Positions 58,501 to 64,000 of a stretch of DNA of 64,000 bases are shown one piece after another; the stretch's first letter is position 1; the number at the start of each line of letters is the position of its first letter. Position numbers and translations under genes: made by a program. The DNA comes from Macrostomum hystrix (lineage: Eukaryota; Animalia; Platyhelminthes), in assembly GCA_950097015.1 (NCBI GenBank), contig CATNEN010000034.1:2976001-3040000 (forward strand), in the 5' to 3' direction. The notes below the pieces were generated by a model that was not told the origin of the DNA, made no database searches, and saw only the letters and a program-made list of their open reading frames with translations.

Positions 58501-61500
58501 CAGTAGGGTAAAGTAACAGCGCTCGAGGTATTTAAGCTCACAGGCTACTTGCAAAATGATGCCCTTTCCGTGTTTCATCTGATTATATTGAAATGCATCA
58601 ATATTGGATGCCAAAATCTTTATATAACTGATTTTCTGCTCGTAGTCTGTGAGCCTATTTTATCACCGCATCATCCAGTGTATTACTTCACTTCTTTAGG
58701 TCCATTAAATCCTATTTTCTCGCTCATTCCCCGTCCTTCAGGCCCATTCCCCATCCTTCAGGCCCATTCGCCATCCTCACAGGCTCCCGGCTTATATGAT
58801 GCATTTCCGTGTTTAATCTGATTTTATTGACATTAGTCAATACTTTATGTTAACTATTTTATTACCACTGATTGTTGCTGAGCCTGTGATTTTTTAGGCA
58901 CTACCCATCCTCTCAGAACCAATTACCCATCCTCTCAGAACCAATTACCCATCCTCTCAGAACCAATTACCCATCCTCTCAGAACCAATAACCCATCCTC
59001 TCAGGACCAATAACCCATCCTCTCAGAACCAATAACCCATCCTCTCAGAACCAATAACCCATCCTCTCAGGACCAATAACCCATCCTCTCAGGACCAATA
59101 ACCCATCCTCTCAGAACCAATAACCCATCCTCTCAGGACCAATAACCCATCCTCTCAGGACCAATAACCCATCCTCTCAGAACCAATAACCCATCCTCTC
59201 AGAACCAATAACCCATCCTCTCAGAACCAATAACCCATCCTCTCAGAACCAATAACCCATCCTCTCAGAACCAATAACCCATCCTCTCAGAACCAATTAC
59301 CCATCCTCTCAGAACCAATAACCCATCCTCTCAGAACCAATAACCCATCCTCTCAGAACCAATAACCCATCCTCTCAGAACCAATAACCCATCCTCTCAG
59401 AACCAATAACCCATCCTCTCAGAACCAATTACCCATCCTCTCAGAACCAATAACCCATCCTCTCAGAACCAATAACCCATCCTCTCAGGACCAATAACCC
59501 ATCCTCTCAGGACCAATAACCCATCCTCTCAGAACCAATAACCCATCCTCTCAGAACCAATTACCCATCCTCTCAGAACCAATAACCCATCCTCTCAGGA
59601 CCAATTACCCATCCTCTCAGAACCAATAACCCATCCTCTCAGAACCAATAACCCATCCTCTCAGAACCAATTACCCATCCTCTCAGAACCAATTACCCAT
59701 CCTCTCAGGACCAATAACCCATCCTCTCAGAACCAATAACCCATCCTCTCAGGACCAATTACCCATCCTCTCAGGACCAATAACCCATCCTCTCAGGACC
59801 AATAACCCATCCTCTCAGAACCAATAACCCATCCTCTCAGGACCAATAACCCATCCTTTCAGGGCTGCGTTTACCTTTCCTTAATACATTGCCATGAGCC
59901 TTAAGATAAGAGTCATTAAGGACCACTCTTAATCACTATGGGTTATTCCTAAACAATCCGATTTCTTTTTAGTCCCTTGGTTTAAATCCCGTGAGTAGAC
60001 TCTTCTTATCATTCGCAATTTAATCCTTACAATGGTCCTTAAGGGTCAGTTCAAGCTAGCACATAGGCAATGTATTCCTTATCGCTGCTCCTATACCTGG
60101 GCCAGGTGCTCACCCGAGGCTACGGTCACCAGGTGGTTGTCAACCTGCTGGATGCCGGCGGCAAGGAGCGCGAATTGTGCGCCCAGCTCAGCCGAATGTG
60201 CAGCCTGCCTGAAGTTGCTCAGCGCTACTCGGGACTGCGCTACGAACACTTCGACTTCCACAGGGAGTGCAGCCGGCTGAGGTGGGACCGGCTGGCGTTA
60301 CTGTTGGAGCGGACTGAACCCGACTTTGATGCCATGGGATTTTTTCAGGCCGCGCTGGATGGTGAGGGAATAAGATTGCTGCATTTTATTGGGTTTAGTG
60401 TCAACCTTATTTATAGCTCCTGCCTACATGATCAGATGCCTCAATGCACATCCTGTCCCAATGCACACGCGCACACAGGTGTGTAAATCTGCCCTGACTT
60501 TCTCATGACAATTGCATGACAAGCCTTCAAGCCTATACTTTCCGCGGCTGCACCCCAAATGAAAATTGCCTCGCCGCGTAACCAATCTCAGGGACCTTGG
60601 TGCGAGAGGCAAACGCGTTTACCGCTCTGCCCCTTACCCCCATCATGTCCAAAATGTTCTTCATGAACGCTAGGATAAATATATTGAAATTTCGCCTAGC
60701 CCAGTTTGGCCGCATGCACAACCCAGTCCGTGGACTGGGGACACCGGCTCGTCAACCTAACACTAATCCCGACGGTCAGTGCCAGAGCGGTTAACGCGTT
60801 AGATTCCGCGGCGAGGCCGCGCGCAGCCGCGTAGAGAAGGCTTGGGGGCTTGTCGTGCAATTTGCGCTTTTGAGGGCCAACCTCCAAGGCACAGTGAGAG
60901 TGTATAACTGCCTGACGACTTTAAAGTCATAGCAGATGTACACACCTGTGAGCGAGTGTGCTCAGTAGTCAGCGAAATGGGCAGAAGTGGCTCCTCGCTG
61001 GCTGCGGTTCTAGTGTCACCAAAGGATGTGACATATCCCGCTGGGAATCGTATTAGGCAATTTTCTATGTTTTCTATTTCCACACGAGTTTCGTACTACT
61101 CTTCAGATTCCCTCCTAGTTAAAACGCCAACTAGAGTCTCTATTTGATAAGCATGTACATGTACAGCTGAATTTCGATGAAAGTCGGGGCTTCAGTGTCG
61201 GGCGAAAGTCGTGTAGCAGTTGGTCCGACATATACAGATGAATATTGATGAAAATCGTACGAAGATGAATGTCGATCCGTTTTTCATCTTTTGTTTGCGA
61301 CTTTCGTCTGCCCAAAATCGACCCGACGGCACCGACGCCCCAACAAGATGAAATCGGGAATAAATCGGCCCGATTTTCCCTTTCTTTGTGTCGGGCCATT
61401 TAAAGTTGAATGTCGGAGTTAGGTCCCAGCGGGATTTCCCGCAGCCCTCCTGCAATTATTATTGTTATTATTATTAATAATAATAATTAATAATAATTGA

Positions 61501-62376
61501 TTACACCTGCCCCAATTGGGTCAGATGTGCAGCCGACAGCACAGCCGCAGCTAATGCGCGGCGCATCTGAAGGCTGCGTACAGCTGTTCAGTCCACGGAC
61601 TGGGGGGACGCCACACCCACCTTCAATTATCCCAGCTAATGCTGGTACCCATTTAACAGCTGGGTGAACTGAAGCAATGCAGAGTTAAGTGTCTTGCTAA
61701 AGGACGCAAATTGTTCCAGTGGAGTCGGGAATCGAACCCCCGACCTTCAAGTCGTGAGTCCGACGCCCTAACCACTAGGCTACAACCTCTATTAACCTCT
61801 AATAATAGTTATTATTATTACTTTTATTATCACACGAATCCCGCAATCCTTCACTGTTCCCAGGCTCACCGCAGCGCACCCAGCGCTCAGTATTTCGAGT
61901 CAACTGCATCGACTGCCTGGATCGAACCAATGTAGCCCAATGCCTTCTGGCTAAGCGAGCCCTAACTAAACAACTGGCAGAGTTGGGCTTGTCGCCCCAC
62001 TCTAGCGATAAGGACAGGGACCCTGGCGGGAACAGTCTGGAAACCGCAGTCAAGCTGGCCTGGTCGGACAACGCCGATGTTTTGTCGATGCAATACGCCG
62101 GCACCGGCGCTTTGAAGGCCGACTTCACTCGAACCGGACGGCGCACCAAATCTGGCGCACTCCGCGATCTCTACTACAGCGCTATGAGATATGCCAGGAA
62201 TAACTTCTCGGACGGCTGGAGGCAGGACGCTATCGACTTGCTGCTAGGCAATTATAGACCTGTCCTAGGCGAGCCGAGTCCGTTCGCTGATGGCCGCGAT
62301 TGGAAAGTCTGGCTTCTGCCCTCTGTACTGCTGTTCGGAGTCACTATGCTCACAATGGGAGCTCTACTGCCGCCCG
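55581..62376 (+). CDS. SACM1L: Sac1 phosphatidylinositol-4-phosphate phosphatase; exons 55581-55606, 56086-56180, 56581-57101, 57924-58229, 60106-60361, 61864-62376; last exon outside the window
   Basis: [61 protein letters not shown], catalytic [12 protein letters not shown] (CX5RT), [19 protein letters not shown] and first TM helix; phases all compatible. Exon 1 has a weak donor (GTTTGT) and is less certain. Confidence 0.93.
56236..56318 (+). ncRNA. Box C/D snoRNA copy 1 (Sac1 intron 2), 28S rRNA 2'-O-methylation guide
   Basis: C GTGATGT 56243, guide TCCGTGTTTCA-T, D' CCGA 56264, internal hairpin GGAG/CTCC, C' ATGATTG, D CTGA 56309, terminal stem GTGCAC/GTGAAC. The guide complements the conserved LSU rRNA UUGAAACACGGA. 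Confidence 0.75.
57178..57902. repeat. 29-bp minisatellite (AGCCTTCCAGATCCCCAGTTTCAGTATCC), Sac1 intron 3
   Basis: Direct reading, about 25 copies. Confidence 0.97.
58322..58409 (+). ncRNA. Box C/D snoRNA copy 2 (Sac1 intron 4)
   Basis: C ATGATGC 58327, guide TCCGTGTTTCA-T, D' CTGA 58350, C' TTGATGT, D CTGA 58398, terminal CCAA/TTGG. Confidence 0.8.
58551..58639 (+). ncRNA. Box C/D snoRNA copy 3 (Sac1 intron 4)
   Basis: C ATGATGC 58556, same guide, D' CTGA 58579, internal stem TATTG/CAATA, D CTGA 58628, terminal GCAAAA/TTTTCTGC. Confidence 0.8.
58791..58881 (+). ncRNA. Box C/D snoRNA copy 4 (Sac1 intron 4), one guide mismatch
   Basis: C ATGATGC 58796, guide TCCGTGTTTAA-T, D' CTGA 58818, internal stem TATTGAC/GTCAATA, degenerate C', D CTGA 58868 (a second CTGA at 58878). 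Confidence 0.65.
58902..59861. repeat. 22-bp minisatellite (ACCCATCCTCTCAGAACCAATA), Sac1 intron 4
   Basis: Direct reading, about 44 copies. Confidence 0.97.
61454..61787 (-). mobile_element. tRNA-derived SINE copy 2, apparently full length with (ATT)n tail
   Basis: Reverse complement reads GGTTGTAGCCTAGTGGTTAGGGCGTCGGACTCACGAC..GGTTCGATTCCC (A and B boxes), central domain, 3' body and ATT-rich tail. Confidence 0.88.
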
Positions 62377-62499
62377 GTATGTCCTGCTAGACTAATTGTT
62401 GACCTGTTAATGATTTTATGTAGGACGTTCTGAACATTTTGTCTGGCTTACCTGAACAAAACCAGTTATTTAATGGAGTACCTGAAGTAGATTCTTAGG

Positions 62500-62743
62500 G
62501 GTTGTAGCCTAGTTGTTAGAGCGTTGGACTCACGACTCGAAGGTCGGTGGTTCGATTCCTGTCTTTACTGGAACACTTTGTGTCCCTTGGGGTAATTAAG
62601 GTTGGGTGTGGCGTCCCCCCAGTCCATGGACTGAACAGCCGTACGCAATTTTCAGATGCGCCACGCAATAGCTGCGGCTGTGCTGTCTGCTGCAAAAATG
62701 ACCCGATTGGGGCAGGTCTAATCGATTATTAGTATTTATTATT
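62500..62743 (+). mobile_element. tRNA-derived SINE copy 3, central domain deleted
   Basis: Head about 87% identical to copy 2 over 86 nt (counted by eye), about 70-nt internal deletion, matching 3' body and ATT tail. Confidence 0.85.
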
Positions 62744-62749
62744 CAGGGT

Positions 62750-62997
62750 TTGGGTGCCTGAAGTATTGGATGTGGGTGCCTGTAGGATTGGATGTGGGTG
62801 CCTGAAGAATTGGATGTGGTTGCCTGTAGGATTTGATGTGGGTGCCTGTAGGATTGGAAGTGGGTGCCTGAAGGATTGGATGTGGGTGCCTGAAGGATTG
62901 GATGTCAGTGCGTGAAGGATTGGATGTGGGTTCCTGTAGGATTGGATGTGGGTGCCTTAAGGATTGGATGTGGGTGCCTTAAGGATTGGATGTGGGT
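62750..62997. repeat. 22-bp minisatellite (GGATTGGATGTGGGTGCCTGAA)
   Basis: Direct reading, about 11 copies. Confidence 0.93.
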
Positions 62998-63019
62998 TAG
63001 CTACGAGCCAGCTCGTAGT

Positions 63020-64000
63020 CAGCTACGAGCCTACCTAGGGATGCTGACCCACTACGGAAAGTTCTTGCCGCACCTGTCGACGGTGGTCGCTCCGCTGAAT
63101 CAGCTGCTGATGAAGAATGCGCGCTGGACGTGGGCTGAGCCTCAGCAGCAGGCTTTCGAACGGTCCAAGCGACTCCTGCTAGAGTCTCCTGTGCTCATGC
63201 ACTACGATGCCAAGCTGCCGCTGCGTCTGGAATGCGACGCCAGCCCGTATGGACTAGGTGTGGTGCTGACTCATCGAGTGGACGGCGAGGACAGGGCGAT
63301 CGCCTTCGCCAGCCGCAGCCTAACGACGACTCAAAAGGGCTATTCGCAGCTGGACAAGGAGGCGCTCGCGATCATGTTTGGCTTGCAGCGCTTCCATCAG
63401 TTTCTGCAAGGCCGCAAGTTTGTCATCGTCACCGACCACAAGCCGCTCCTGGGTCTCCTCGGCGAGCACAAGGGCATTCCAGAGCACGCGGCGGCGCGCA
63501 TGCAGCGCTGGGCGATTCGCCTAGCCAGCTATGACTACTCGCTGGAGTTCAGGCCCACCAGCAAGCACGCCAACTGCGACTCGCTGTCCCGCTTGCCGCT
63601 GGCCAGGCAGTTCGAAGAGGAGCCAGCCGTCAACGCTCTGCTGCTGGACGAGGAGACTGGATCCGCCATCACGGCTCAGGCGGTGGCGCGGCACACTCGC
63701 TCGGACGCCCTCCTAGGCCGGGTGCTTCGATGCCTGCAGACGGGCGCTCCAATGGCTGCCGCTGAGCTAGTCGACTTCGTAAGGCGCCGAGACGAGCTGA
63801 GTGTGGAGCAAGGCTGCGTGCTGTGGGGATCCCGCGTCGTCGTGCCGACGGCCCTGCGACAAGGCGTGGTGGACGAGCTGCACCAGGCGCACCCAGGCAT
63901 CAACCGCATGCGAGCTCTGGCCCGCAGCTATGTCTGGTGGCCAGGATTGGACAAGCAGCTAGAGGCAGCCGTCAAGTCCTGCCGGATCTGCGCCCTCAAC
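63020..64000 (+). mobile_element. Ty3/gypsy LTR-retrotransposon pol fragment (RT thumb/connection, RNase H, integrase HHCC), 5'-truncated, runs off the window
   Basis: Uninterrupted hand translation from 63020: QLRAYLGMLTHYGKFLP..LECDASPYGLG..IAFASRSL..YSQLDKEALA..FVIVTDHKPL..RMQRWAIRL..HANCDSLSR..ELHQAHPGINRMRALARSYVWWPGLD..CRIC. Confidence 0.93.

Noticed and set aside
58540-58660. Hammerhead ribozyme-like GATGA..GAAA on the minus strand of the intronic repeats
   Set aside because: The CUGANGA core and three-stem geometry are absent; the plus-strand C/D snoRNA model explains the motifs.
43784-59861. CRISPR-like appearance of regular repeats
   Set aside because: Units are head-to-tail with no unique spacers, there are no cas genes, and the context is eukaryotic.
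61700-61787. tRNA gene call for the SINE heads (also 30359 and 62500)
   Set aside because: A/B boxes are present but there is no complete acceptor stem; each continues into a shared non-tRNA body and ATT tail.
62405-62460. Possible short C/D snoRNA at the start of Sac1 intron 6 (ATGATT..CTGA..CTGA)
   Set aside because: Only about 50 nt, poor box C and at most about 8 nt of plausible rRNA complementarity.

Overview
Eukaryotic (metazoan) genomic DNA with spliceosomal introns, GC-rich exons and minisatellite-filled introns. The style suggests a flatworm such as Macrostomum, but this is inference only. Left to right: a 54-bp TIR mini-element; a hAT-type MITE; a 2.55-kb internally deleted Mutator-like (MULE) transposon with a PHD finger; a 2-exon double-Tudor gene; an Fcf2/DNTTIP2 gene; and a large CHD7/8/kismet-type remodeller gene. 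The CHD gene has two apparent +1 frameshifts in its N-terminal exon, two GC-AG introns and a frame-incompatible junction across an 8-kb intron. Next is a divergent cluster of three secreted PAN/Apple-like six-cysteine genes (two tiny single-domain genes on the minus strand that the ORF track misses or only partly shows, and one PAN + fibrinogen-C gene on the plus strand) embedded in eight unrelated minisatellites. A Sac1 phosphoinositide phosphatase gene follows and lacks its last exon in this window, which ends in a 5'-truncated Ty3/gypsy pol ORF. The most notable hidden signals are in Sac1. Four paralogous box C/D snoRNAs antisense to 28S rRNA lie in its introns, three of them in ONE intron, each enclosed by its own external stem. 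Its catalytic, frame-symmetric 513-nt exon is tightly bracketed by an inverted pair of tRNA-derived SINEs. All alignments and structures were done by eye; no searches were run.
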